A stretch of DNA of 45,460 nt from Nitrospirota bacterium (GCA_021783455.1 JAJXTW010000001.1:1-45460); one strand, 5' to 3'. Positions 8,066-16,963 are shown, counted from the stretch's first letter. Translations and numbers: made by a program. The notes: a model not told the origin generated them from the sequence alone.

Positions 8066-9670
8066 TCAGTTTCTTACGTTTCCCGTCGGCAACGAGATCG
8101 TAAACGTCGTGCCTCTTCCCATTTCACTCTCTACGGTGATGTCGCCGTTGTGTTTCTTGATGATATTATACACAATGGCAAGCCCCAGACCGGTGCCCTT
8201 ATCCTTGGTCGTAAAGAAAGGTTCGAAGATCTTGTCCAGCGACTCCCGGGGGATGCCCCTGCCTGTATCCGACACCGTGATGATTGTCTCAGTGATTTCC
8301 TGACGCAGGCACACCGTCAGTTCGCCTCGCAGTTCCATGGCGTCCGCGGCGTTTGCGAAGAGGTTCGAGAACACCTGTTCGAGTTGTCCCTGGTCGGCAT
8401 ACAGGACCGCCGTCGGGGAATCCATCATAAATGAGAACCGTATTTGTTCCAGGTTGCGAAAGCTGCCGAGATGGCGGTACGTATCGGCGATCAACTCTTT
8501 CACGTCTACGGCATCCAGCTGCGGCTCTTTTCCGCGGGCAAATTCCAGCAGGTCGCCCACAATCCGCTTCACGCGCTCAGTCTGCCCCAGGATGTCGCGC
8601 ATGGCCTCGTGTACTTGCGGGGAGCAACCTTCCCCCGCTTCCCCGGCAAGCACCTGGGCCGAAAGATAAATATTGTTGAGCGGGTTGTTCAGCTCGTGCG
8701 CCACGCCCGACGCCAGCGTGCCGATGGCCGCGAGTTTTTTCGTCTGGATCAGCTCCTGATTTTTTTGTTCCAGTTCCTTCTCGTGGAGGGCAAGCTGGTC
8801 TTCCATGTCGTTGAACTTGTCGATCAGCACACCGACCTCGTCATGAGCTTTCCCGTCCTCCACCGTGACCGCGAGGCGGGGATAGGAGCCCTTGCCCGTC
8901 TTCTCCACAACGTTGATCAGAAGCATCAGCCTCCTGACCACGTTTGTGGTGATGAAGAACAGCATGCCGATGCCTACGGCGAAAAAGAGCGGGGAAAAAA
9001 TGAGGATCGCGATCTGCGAAACGCGGATCACGGACTCCGTCTTCTCCCGGGCGATCTTATCGAGGTCCTTGGATATGATCAGGATGTCCTCGCCGGTCTT
9101 CCTGAGCGAAGTGATGTCCGCGTCGAGCTCGCGCAGGCCGGTTACCAGGGGATGCTGGCGCGGCAGATGAAAAACCGTCGTGAGAAAGTCAGCGGATTGC
9201 GACGGCCGCTCCAGGAAGGTCGCTTCGACAAGAACAATGTATTTATCATCTCTCCGGTTTGCGGTCCTGACCGCGCCAAAGGCAGCGGTTAGTTTTTTTG
9301 CCGTGGTCTCGATCTTGATGAAGCGCTGCTCGTACTCATTCATGCTGCTCCGCAGGGACAGCTGGTCCGCCTGATCGATATGCGGATTCTGCGCCAGCAT
9401 GTCCTTCAGCTGGGAGAGGTAGTCGTGGACGGCAGCTGCTTCTTCATCGGCTTTCTTCGGGCTGTAGAGAAAATAGTTTTTCTCATGCCTCCGGAGCTGG
9501 AGCGATTTCCGGTTGAGCGTATCAGTGATCTCGAGATACCGGATCTCCTTCCGAATCTCGATAAAATTAACATATTCGAACGCCGCCAGGATCGCGATGA
9601 TAAAGGCGCTGATAAAAAAGCTGAGTGCTATTTTTTTCTTTAATGACATGGTTAATTTAGTTCGGAGCAT
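8066..9670 (-). CDS. membrane sensor histidine kinase (2 TM + periplasmic domain, HAMP, HisKA, HATPase_c)
   Basis: 534 aa. It has TM helices near residues 14-34 and about 215-240, an H-box GVAHELNNPL, and G-boxes DTGRGI / GTGLGLAIV. It lies 41 nt upstream of the NtrC-type regulator. Confidence 0.9.
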   Translation of the reverse strand: MLRTKLTMSLKKKIALSFFISAFIIAILAAFEYVNFIEIRKEIRYLEITDTLNRKSLQLRRHEKNYFLYSPKKADEEAAAVHDYLSQLKDMLAQNPHIDQADQLSLRSSMNEYEQRFIKIETTAKKLTAAFGAVRTANRRDDKYIVLVEATFLERPSQSADFLTTVFHLPRQHPLVTGLRELDADITSLRKTGEDILIISKDLDKIAREKTESVIRVSQIAILIFSPLFFAVGIGMLFFITTNVVRRLMLLINVVEKTGKGSYPRLAVTVEDGKAHDEVGVLIDKFNDMEDQLALHEKELEQKNQELIQTKKLAAIGTLASGVAHELNNPLNNIYLSAQVLAGEAGEGCSPQVHEAMRDILGQTERVKRIVGDLLEFARGKEPQLDAVDVKELIADTYRHLGSFRNLEQIRFSFMMDSPTAVLYADQGQLEQVFSNLFANAADAMELRGELTVCLRQEITETIITVSDTGRGIPRESLDKIFEPFFTTKDKGTGLGLAIVYNIIKKHNGDITVESEMGRGTTFTISLPTGNVRN

Positions 9671-9682
9671 TAACGTTCGGGG

Positions 9683-9717
9683 TCTTACTTCTTACTTCTG
9701 CCTTCTTACTTCGACTT
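9683..9717. repeat. heptamer tandem repeat (TCTTACT)x2-TCTGCCT-TCTTACT-TCGACTT
   Basis: Read directly from the 48-nt spacer between the regulator stop (9719) and the kinase start (9670). Confidence 0.6.
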
Positions 9718-9718
9718 T

Positions 9719-11068
9719 TTACCGCTCTTTCGGCATCCCCCACTTTTTCCGCTTTTCCCAGAGCGACTTGCGCGTGATCCCGAGCATGTCCGCGAGCTGC
9801 TGTTCGTTGAATTCCGCCTGGTACCGCTGAATAAACGCCTTGGTGTAATCCTCAATCGAGAGTCTTTGATCAAAGGATTGGTGATGGAATGATGTCTCGG
9901 CTTTGACGCCTCCGGGCAGGTGCTCGGGCCTGATGAGGTCGCCGTCGGAAATAAGGATGGCCCGTTCAATCACATTCTGAAGCTCGCGCACGTTCCCGGC
10001 CCACTCGTAGTTCACCAGGATGTCCATGGCCTCCGGTGATACTTCTTTAACCCGCTTTCCCAGATCGTTCGCATATCGTCCGAGATAGTGGCTTACGAGC
10101 GCACTGATATCTTCCTTTCGCTCCCGGAGCGGGGGGATTCGGAGGAAGATCACATTGATGCGGTAGTAGAGGTCCTCGCGGAATGCTCCCTCGCGTACCG
10201 CTGCTTTGAGGTCCTTGTTGGTGGCGGTGATGATCCGGATATCGACTTTGGCCCCTTTGGTGCTGCCGACGGGCCGGATGACCTGGTCTTCGATCACGCG
10301 CAAAAGCTTCGCCTGGAGCGCCATGCTCATGTCGCCGATCTCATCGAGGAATACCGTACCGCCTTCGGCATCTTCGAGAATCCCCTTCTTTGTCGCAACA
10401 GCGCCCGTAAAAGCGCCGCGCACGTGGCCGAAGAGCTCCGTTTCGAGAAGATTTTCTGGAATGGCGGAACAGTTGATGGGCACAAAGGGCATGTCACGCC
10501 GGGAACTGTTGTGATGGATGACCCGCGCAAAGAGCTCCTTGCCCGTCCCCGTCTCGCCGAGGAGGAGAACATTGCTTTTCGTATCCGTTATTTTCCTCGC
10601 CTCATCCAGGATGGCCAAGAGCGCTGCATTCTCGCCGATGATGCTGCTGAAGTCATAGTCTTTGCCGATCTCGCGCTTCAAGAGCACGTTCTCAGACTGG
10701 AGGCTCTTCTGCCGGAGCGCGTTCCGCACAATCTGCTTGATCTCTTCGTGGATAATCGGCTTCATGATGTAATCATAAGCCCCGGCGCGGAGCGCTTTCA
10801 CCGAGGTGTCAAGGGACGCATAGGCGGTTACCACGATGAAGATCTGGTCCGGAATCTGCTCCCTCACCTTACTGAGCATCTCGATCCCGTCCATGCCCGG
10901 TAGAATGATGTCCGATATGATGACGTCGTAGACATTCGTCTCGAGGAGAGCAAGGGCTTTCTCCGCCGAGTCCGCACCTTCCACGGCGAACCCTTCTTTG
11001 GCGAAGATCCGCTTCATGGACTCGCGCAGGGTCTCTTCATCTTCTACGATCAATATGCTTTTGGACAT
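9719..11068 (-). CDS. sigma-54-dependent (NtrC/CbrB-like) response regulator
   Basis: Features are the receiver (DVIISDIILPGMDG), Walker A GETGTGKE, GAFTGA, and a C-terminal HTH (LADMLGITRKSLWEK). I place the start at the ATG at 11068 (MSKSILIVEDEE) with GAGGT 5 nt upstream. The track ORF runs to 11131. Confidence 0.9.
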   Translation of the reverse strand: MSKSILIVEDEETLRESMKRIFAKEGFAVEGADSAEKALALLETNVYDVIISDIILPGMDGIEMLSKVREQIPDQIFIVVTAYASLDTSVKALRAGAYDYIMKPIIHEEIKQIVRNALRQKSLQSENVLLKREIGKDYDFSSIIGENAALLAILDEARKITDTKSNVLLLGETGTGKELFARVIHHNSSRRDMPFVPINCSAIPENLLETELFGHVRGAFTGAVATKKGILEDAEGGTVFLDEIGDMSMALQAKLLRVIEDQVIRPVGSTKGAKVDIRIITATNKDLKAAVREGAFREDLYYRINVIFLRIPPLRERKEDISALVSHYLGRYANDLGKRVKEVSPEAMDILVNYEWAGNVRELQNVIERAILISDGDLIRPEHLPGGVKAETSFHHQSFDQRLSIEDYTKAFIQRYQAEFNEQQLADMLGITRKSLWEKRKKWGMPKER

Positions 11069-11261
11069 TACTACCTCGTTGAAACCGTATTTGTAACCAC
11101 GGATGAACACGGTTAAAATCAAAAAACACAAGCAGAGAAGTGAGAAGCGCTCCCAGAAGGCGACTCCTGGGGTTGTTCTCGGATTTTGAAAAAAAGTGTT
11201 TACCCGTGGCTAACTGCTTTTTAAATTTATCAGCTTATCTGTATGCCCTGCGGATAAGGCC

Positions 11262-14207
11262 CTAGGTCTCCACCGGCATTTTTATGGTAAACCGCGTACC
11301 CTTGTCTTTCTCGGAATCGATTTCGATGGTGCCGCCGTGGTCCTTGATGATGCTGTAGCAGATGGAAAGCCCCAGACCCGTGCCTTTCGTCGGCCCCTTG
11401 GTGCTGAAAAAGGGATCAAAAACCTTGTCCCTGACCTCGGCGTCGATGCCGTGTCCCGTGTCCACGAACCGCATCAGAACGTTTCCATTGGACTGCGTTA
11501 CCGAGATATCGAGGCTACCGCCGTCGGGCATGGCGTCGCGCGCGTTCAGGATCAGGTTCAGGAACACCTGCTGGATCTGATCGGGGTCTATCTTGAGCGG
11601 CGGCGTGTCCTGCACATCGGAACGGATTTCGATTTTCCGGAAATTTTTGTCATACCGGACGAGATTGAGGGTGTTCTCCAGGATATCCTTCAGGTCCGTG
11701 GCCACTTTTTGGCGCGGGTAGAGACGCGCGAAGTCACCGAGGTTGCGCACGATGCGCGCAATGCGATGCACGTGCTGGTTGATCGTGGTGAGCGATTCCT
11801 TCGTGAACGACGACAGGTCTTCGGTCTGGAGTTCCTGCACCAGCGATGAGATGGATGCCAGCGGGTTCCCGATTTCGTGCGCCACGCCCGCGGCGAGCCT
11901 GCCGACGCTCGCATGCTTGGTGGCGCGGAACAGTTCCTCCTCGATCTTTTTTTTCTCCGTGATATCCTCGAGCACGAGCACGTACCCCTTCTGGGCGCCG
12001 GTAAGACGGCTGACGCAGCCTTTCAGAATGATCTGCGGATCGAAATTTCTTTTGCAGGTGATCTCCCCCTCTCGCACCTGCGGGGTGAACAGCCTCGGTT
12101 CCAGACAGGTCAGCAGGAGGGACGCGTCGCAATCGAGTGCGTCCGATTTTTCCACGCCCGTGATCATCTCCATGCCGCTGTTCCAGTACTTGACCCGCAG
12201 CGATTCATCCAGCGTGGCAACGCCCAAGGGAAGACTCTCGATGATGTTTTCGCTGAACTCCTTCAGCATGGCGAGCTGCCGGTTGGCTTCGGCAAGCTCC
12301 TGGCGCGACAGCCGGAGGCTGCGTGAAATCTGCTGGATGGAGTTCGAAACGCGCTGTGCGTCATCGTGGGTCAGGACGATCTGGTCCTGGAACACCAATG
12401 TGCTGATGGACGTGCCGAGAGCGCCGGACAGGGTTCGCTCGGCCTCCTGCCGGAGCTTCAGAAGCCAGTCACCCGCTAGTGACGACCGGCTGAGCCCGTT
12501 CTTCCTGAGAAAGCTGTCCACGGCCTCGCGCGCCTCGGCCGGGCCGATGTACTGTTCCAGGATGTTTTCGACCTCGGCGATCCCGGTAGGCCGGTACACG
12601 GGCCCGATCGGAAGCGGTGAAAAGGAATCCACGAACACGATCGCCTGGTGCGTCTCGGCATCGGACTGCCGGGTAAGGAGCGAAACCCCCACGTAGAAGC
12701 AGATGTTCAAAAACAGGCCCCAGAACAGGGAATGGCTCCAGCGGTCCAGTCCCTGGAGCCCGAAGAGCGCCGTGGGGTTCAAAAGCGTTGAGTTGAAGAG
12801 CGCCTCCAGGAGGTCGCCCTTCTGGATGATGCCGGCGCGCATGAGCGACGGAATAAGCAGCGTGTAGATCCAGACGCAGAAGCCGGCAAGGATCCCAGCG
12901 ATCGCACCCTTCTTGTTTCCGCCCTTCCAATAGAGGCCGAGAAGAATGGACGGCGCAAAGATCGTAACGGCCTCGAACGATTTCAGGCCGATGTCCACAA
13001 GGCTGTAAAAGTCGCCGATGTAAATGGCAAAAGCATAACCGAGGAACACGCAGCCCAGGATCACCAGCCGCTTGATATTGAGGACCACGGCGTGGAAATT
13101 CTTAATGGCGGAGAGGTCCCATAACGTGGGCATAACAAAGCTGTTCATCACCATGGTGCTGAGAGCGATGGACTCAACGATGATCATGGCCGTGGCCGCG
13201 GAAAAGCCGCCGATAAACACGATAATGGCGAGGAGCCAGTGGCCATAGTGCATGGGGATGCTGAGTACGAAATAGTCCGCCTTCGACTGAACGTCGCCGA
13301 GGAGCAATCCGCCGTAGGCTATGGGCAGCACGAAGATGTTGATCAAAAAGAGATAGAGCGGGAAAAGCCACATGGCCTTTTTGATGTGGTCCACGGAATA
13401 GTTCTCCACCACGGCCACGTGAAACTGGCGGGGAAGGAACAGGATGGCCATCATGGACAGAAAGGTGAGCGAGACCCATTCGAGCAGGCTGACCGGGGAT
13501 CCCTCGCCGATCTTCATGAGGGACGCATAGGGCCCTTGCTGGATCCTGCTGAAGATGTCGCCGAACCCATGAAAGAGCCCATAGGTCACGAAGAACCCGA
13601 CGAGGAGGAAAGCAATAAGCTTGATCGCCGACTCAAAAGCCACGGCAAAGACCAGACCTCCATGCCGCTCCGAAGCGTCGAGCCTGCGCGCGCCGAAGAT
13701 CACGGCAAACACGCCGAGCAGGAGCGAGATGAACGCACCCGTTAAATGGCTGCCTTCGGGCCTGCCCGAAAGCAGGGAGAAGGATGTCATCACGGCCTTG
13801 AGCTGAAGTCCGAGGTAGGGCGTAATGCCGACAACGGCCACGAACGTGACGAGGACCGAGAGCCCGAGTGACTTGCCGTACCGGGACGAGATAAAGTCGG
13901 CAATCGTGGTGATTCGATTTTCCCGGGAAAGATAGACGATCTTCCGGAGCACGATCCACCAGAGCGCGGCCATGAGCGTGGGCCCAATATAGGTCGTGAG
14001 AAAACTCAGGCCCGAATTGGCCGCCTTGCCCACACTGCCGTAAAAAGTCCAGGACGTGCAGTACACTGCCAGAGAAAGGGAATAGATGTAGGGGTTCGAG
14101 ACGAGGCTCTTCCCCTGCAATTCCTTCCGTTCGGCGAAATAGGCCACGGAAAAAAGCAGCAGAAGGTACCCGAGAATGACCGCGAGCAGGAACCAGGGTG
14201 AGAACAC
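11262..14207 (-). CDS. hybrid sodium:solute-symporter (SLC5/SSF) domain - PAS - histidine kinase (CbrA-type sensor)
   Basis: 981 aa with a GTG start. The N-terminal roughly 500 aa form a polytopic SSF-like domain. These are followed by a PAS-like segment, the H-box GVAHEIGNPL and the ATPase boxes DTGHGI / GTGLGLSICY. Confidence 0.9.
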   Translation of the reverse strand: MFSPWFLLAVILGYLLLLFSVAYFAERKELQGKSLVSNPYIYSLSLAVYCTSWTFYGSVGKAANSGLSFLTTYIGPTLMAALWWIVLRKIVYLSRENRITTIADFISSRYGKSLGLSVLVTFVAVVGITPYLGLQLKAVMTSFSLLSGRPEGSHLTGAFISLLLGVFAVIFGARRLDASERHGGLVFAVAFESAIKLIAFLLVGFFVTYGLFHGFGDIFSRIQQGPYASLMKIGEGSPVSLLEWVSLTFLSMMAILFLPRQFHVAVVENYSVDHIKKAMWLFPLYLFLINIFVLPIAYGGLLLGDVQSKADYFVLSIPMHYGHWLLAIIVFIGGFSAATAMIIVESIALSTMVMNSFVMPTLWDLSAIKNFHAVVLNIKRLVILGCVFLGYAFAIYIGDFYSLVDIGLKSFEAVTIFAPSILLGLYWKGGNKKGAIAGILAGFCVWIYTLLIPSLMRAGIIQKGDLLEALFNSTLLNPTALFGLQGLDRWSHSLFWGLFLNICFYVGVSLLTRQSDAETHQAIVFVDSFSPLPIGPVYRPTGIAEVENILEQYIGPAEAREAVDSFLRKNGLSRSSLAGDWLLKLRQEAERTLSGALGTSISTLVFQDQIVLTHDDAQRVSNSIQQISRSLRLSRQELAEANRQLAMLKEFSENIIESLPLGVATLDESLRVKYWNSGMEMITGVEKSDALDCDASLLLTCLEPRLFTPQVREGEITCKRNFDPQIILKGCVSRLTGAQKGYVLVLEDITEKKKIEEELFRATKHASVGRLAAGVAHEIGNPLASISSLVQELQTEDLSSFTKESLTTINQHVHRIARIVRNLGDFARLYPRQKVATDLKDILENTLNLVRYDKNFRKIEIRSDVQDTPPLKIDPDQIQQVFLNLILNARDAMPDGGSLDISVTQSNGNVLMRFVDTGHGIDAEVRDKVFDPFFSTKGPTKGTGLGLSICYSIIKDHGGTIEIDSEKDKGTRFTIKMPVET

Positions 14208-14384
14208 TTAACTTCCTCCCTCCTCCCGATCAGAAAAAGTCGAAGCCAGAAAAATAAGTCCGATAAAAACAATCCAAATGATAAACAGGTAATAGGTGAG
14301 ACTGTTGTGGAAGATATTAAGAAAGGGTCCGCAGAAGAACACAAGACCGAGACAGAACAAAAAAAACCACATATCCCGTTTCAT
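14208..14384 (-). CDS. 58-aa two-TM hydrophobic peptide translationally coupled to the SLC5-domain kinase (CbrX-like / symporter small-subunit-like)
   Basis: Below the ORF-track length cutoff. The ATG at 14384 (GAGGT 9 nt upstream) gives MKRDMWFFLFCLGLVFFCGPFLNIFHNSLTYYLFIIWIVFIGLIFLASTFSDREEGGS. Its TAA (14208-14210) directly abuts the kinase GTG (14207). The kinase Shine-Dalgarno (GGAGGAGGGAGGAAG) is embedded in its last codons. Confidence 0.55.
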   Translation of the reverse strand: MKRDMWFFLFCLGLVFFCGPFLNIFHNSLTYYLFIIWIVFIGLIFLASTFSDREEGGS

Positions 14385-14607
14385 TCTCTATTTACCTCAG
14401 CTCGTGTAACTTTTTTCCACACTACACGTTGTCTACTGCCTCCGGAATCCGGAAACTGAAAAATCAACATGTTAGCGCAGTTATATTAACACAACCTGTA
14501 ACAAAAATCCACATAGTCGGGTAATTCCGTCAAGCATGTACGATTTTTTCTTGTTTTTCATGAATGTTTGTACTATGGTACTTTTCTAAGAGCGGCTAAG
14601 ATAAAGC

Positions 14608-14880
14608 ATGCATACTGACGAATTCGAAATATCATTACACCGGGAACTGAAGGTTTGCGAAAATACAATCCAGCGGATCAAAAAAACGCTCGGCTTGATG
14701 GAGCAGAAGTATCACAAAACCACGGAAGCATTCATTGAGGAATACAGAAACGGCAACCTGGCTTCCGACCTCGACAATAAAGACGATTATCGCGCCTGGG
14801 AAAGCAGTTATGAATCACTCAAGCAATGGCAGGACCTGGAGCGGCAATACCAGGAGCAATTCCGGAGCATGAAGATTTAA
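14608..14880 (+). CDS. hypothetical small helical protein
   Basis: 90-aa ORF, charged and probably coiled-coil (QWQDLERQYQEQFRSMK). I recognise no family. It has ordinary coding composition and does not overlap any other gene. Confidence 0.45.
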   Translation: MHTDEFEISLHRELKVCENTIQRIKKTLGLMEQKYHKTTEAFIEEYRNGNLASDLDNKDDYRAWESSYESLKQWQDLERQYQEQFRSMKI

Positions 14881-14913
14881 ACCAGAAAATGCTGTTCGCC
14901 TCCGGCCTCTTTA

Positions 14914-14922
14914 TGTTATACT
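14914..14922 (+). promoter_or_regulatory. extended -10 promoter (TGtTATACT) abutting the trmH-family start codon
   Basis: TG-t-TATACT ends 7 nt before the ATG at 14930. No Shine-Dalgarno lies in between (tttccgc). Confidence 0.35.
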
Positions 14923-14929
14923 TTTCCGC

Positions 14930-15757
14930 ATGCAACGAACAACTCCTCATACTCCACTCTCAAGCAAAGACAACAGCATCGTAAAACAGCTTCGGTCCCT
15001 TGCTGACGCTAAACACCGGAAAAAAGAGCAGGCTTTTCTGATTGAGGGCGTCAAAATGGTCGAAGAAGCCCTCCGCGATAATGCGGGGGTCAAAATGGTC
15101 GTGGCTGCGCCGGCCCTCGTTCAGCACCACGGCAAGGGAATACTGAAGCTCGCAGAGAGCAAGGGAATAGACATCCTCTGGATGTCCGAACGCCTCATGG
15201 ACGCGCTCTCGGAGAGTAAAACACCTCAACCCGTCATGGCAGCTGTTCAAATGAAGCGACACACGGAAGAAACACTGCTGGCGAATGCAGCGGCCTTGAT
15301 CGTCGTGGCACACCAGCTCCAGGATCCGGGCAATCTCGGTACGATTATTCGCACCGCGGAAGCTGTCGGCGCGTCAGGGGTGGCCGTCACCTCGAACACC
15401 GTGGACCCCTTTAACGCAAAAACAGTCCGGGCGTCGATGGGCAGCATTCTGCGCCTGCCGGTAGCCTTGATAGGAGATGTATCGTCATTCATTAGGAAAT
15501 GCAAAGGCGCGGGCTTCCAATCACTTGCTGCGGCAGTGACCGCTGAAAAGACTCACTTCGATATCGATCTCACAAAACCGACCATCGTGATCGTAGGACA
15601 GGAAGGTTCGGGCCTGCCTCAAGAGGTCCTTGCTGATATAGACCTGAGCATCCGGATTCCCATGGCGGAATCCATCGACTCTCTGAACGTGGCGACAGCC
15701 GCTGCGGTGATTTTGTACGAGGCATTACGCCAAAAAACGATCAGGAACCGCACCTGA
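14930..15757 (+). CDS. TrmH/SpoU-family RNA 2'-O-methyltransferase
   Basis: 275 aa. It has an N-terminal substrate-binding region (FLIEGVKMVEEAL) and SpoU motifs: LQDPGNLGTIIRTAEAVGASGV, IVGQEGSGLPQEV, IPMAESIDSLNVATAAAVILYE. Confidence 0.9.
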   Translation: MQRTTPHTPLSSKDNSIVKQLRSLADAKHRKKEQAFLIEGVKMVEEALRDNAGVKMVVAAPALVQHHGKGILKLAESKGIDILWMSERLMDALSESKTPQPVMAAVQMKRHTEETLLANAAALIVVAHQLQDPGNLGTIIRTAEAVGASGVAVTSNTVDPFNAKTVRASMGSILRLPVALIGDVSSFIRKCKGAGFQSLAAAVTAEKTHFDIDLTKPTIVIVGQEGSGLPQEVLADIDLSIRIPMAESIDSLNVATAAAVILYEALRQKTIRNRT

Positions 15758-15776
15758 CCATCTCCGCTGGTCGGTT

Positions 15777-16262
15777 TCACTTCTTCCCGTATTTTTTCTT
15801 CAATTTTTCCACGACCACCCCCGGCACAAGGCTGGATACATCGCCTCCGTAGCTTGCCGCTTCCCTGACAATGGTCGAGGTAATAAATGAATATTCCTCG
15901 TTCGGCATCAAAAACACTGTTTCGATATCGTTATCGAGCCGCCGGTTCATGAGTGCCATCTGCATCTCATATTCGAAGTCCGATACCGCGCGGAGACCGC
16001 GGATAATACCTACCGCCTTCTTTTGTTTTACATAGTCGACAAGGAGCCCGTCAAAGCCTTCTATCTTCACCCGCTTATAACGAGAAACCACTTTTTTGAA
16101 CATGCCTATGCGCTCTTCAAGGGAAAAAAGCGGCTGTTTTTTCGGGTTCGCTGCCACGGCAACGATCAATTCGTCGAAGATCCTGAGACTTCGTTCGACC
16201 AGGTCAATGTGACCGTTCGTGACAGGATCGAAGGTGCCTGGGTAGACGGCGATGTGCTTCAT
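15777..16262 (-). CDS. coaD: phosphopantetheine adenylyltransferase
   Basis: 161 aa, starting MKHIAVYPGTFDPVTNGHIDLVERS (T/HxGH nucleotidyltransferase motif). AAGGAG lies 6 nt upstream. Confidence 0.95.
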   Translation of the reverse strand: MKHIAVYPGTFDPVTNGHIDLVERSLRIFDELIVAVAANPKKQPLFSLEERIGMFKKVVSRYKRVKIEGFDGLLVDYVKQKKAVGIIRGLRAVSDFEYEMQMALMNRRLDNDIETVFLMPNEEYSFITSTIVREAASYGGDVSSLVPGVVVEKLKKKYGKK

Positions 16263-16332
16263 GTGAGCTCCTTAGATGAAGTAGTCTGAAGTCAAGAGTC
16301 AGTATCAGGAAAGTCGATGCAACCAGCATTTA

Positions 16333-16908
16333 TCATTTTATCTCTTGTCTGCTGGTCTCTGCCTCCTGGATCCTAAGTGAATAAAACGCCAGCACCGTAT
16401 CGCCGTACTTAGCTTCGCGATAAAGAGAAAGAACTCCGGCACGGTCTGGCGACAATTGCTTTTTAAAGTGCTCGACGATCACGACCGAATCGGCCTTCAG
16501 GACCCCTGACTCCGCAAGGAGCGTAAGCAGCGGCAACATGTCGTCTGCGTACGGCGGATCAAGAAATACGATGTCATAAGGACCAGACGTTTTTTTTAGG
16601 AAAACCTCGGCTTTGGACAACACGACTCGTGCCTTCTCGCGGAAGCCGGTCTGTTCTATATTCTGCTTCACCGTCTTGAGCGACTCAGGGGAAGCATCCA
16701 CAAATACCGCGCTGTCCGCGCCCCGGCTGAGCGCCTCGATACCGATCCCGCCGGCACCTGCAAAAAGGTCCAGGAAAACCGAATTGAGAACCTTGTCGCC
16801 AAGAATATTGAACAGCGCCTGTTTTACCTTGTCGGACGTGGGTCTGACGCGCGATCCCCTCGGGACTTTCAAACGCTGTCCCCTGCCTATGCCCCCGGTC
16901 ACTCTCAT
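16333..16908 (-). CDS. rsmD: 16S rRNA (guanine966-N2)-methyltransferase
   Basis: Contains MRVTGGIGRGQRLKVPRGSRVRPTSDKVKQALFNILG, the SAM motif LDLFAGAGGIGIEALSRGA and DIVFLDPPY. I place the start at the ATG at 16908. The track start (TTG at 16980) would overlap the divergent nfeD promoter. Confidence 0.9.
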   Translation of the reverse strand: MRVTGGIGRGQRLKVPRGSRVRPTSDKVKQALFNILGDKVLNSVFLDLFAGAGGIGIEALSRGADSAVFVDASPESLKTVKQNIEQTGFREKARVVLSKAEVFLKKTSGPYDIVFLDPPYADDMLPLLTLLAESGVLKADSVVIVEHFKKQLSPDRAGVLSLYREAKYGDTVLAFYSLRIQEAETSRQEIK

Positions 16909-16927
16909 ATCACAATTTACTGTGACG

Positions 16928-16956
16928 ATGCTACAGAAAAACCCTTTCTGAGTCAA
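16928..16956 (-). promoter_or_regulatory. sigma-70-type promoter for rsmD-coaD (TTGACT-N17-TAGCAT)
   Basis: The reverse strand reads cTTGACT-cagaaagggtttttctg-TAGCAT. The -10 ends 19 nt before the ATG at 16908, giving a very short leader with no Shine-Dalgarno. Confidence 0.4.
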
Positions 16957-16963
16957 GCACTTC

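Noticed and set aside
6666-8303. 545-aa plus-strand ORF
   Set aside because: It is the antisense shadow of the NtrC-type regulator and of the 3' end of the kinase. It runs across an intergenic spacer, has no ribosome-binding site and has an Arg/Leu/His-biased composition. The same reasoning applies to the plus-strand ORFs 8444-9292, 10088-10903, 11743-12696 and 13239-13745.
14006-14344. 112-aa minus-strand ORF overlapping the kinase start
   Set aside because: It is out of frame with both the kinase and the 58-aa peptide ORF. It overlaps the kinase N-terminus and has a Ser/Cys/Phe-rich product. The peptide ORF has the better ribosome-binding site and the coupling geometry.
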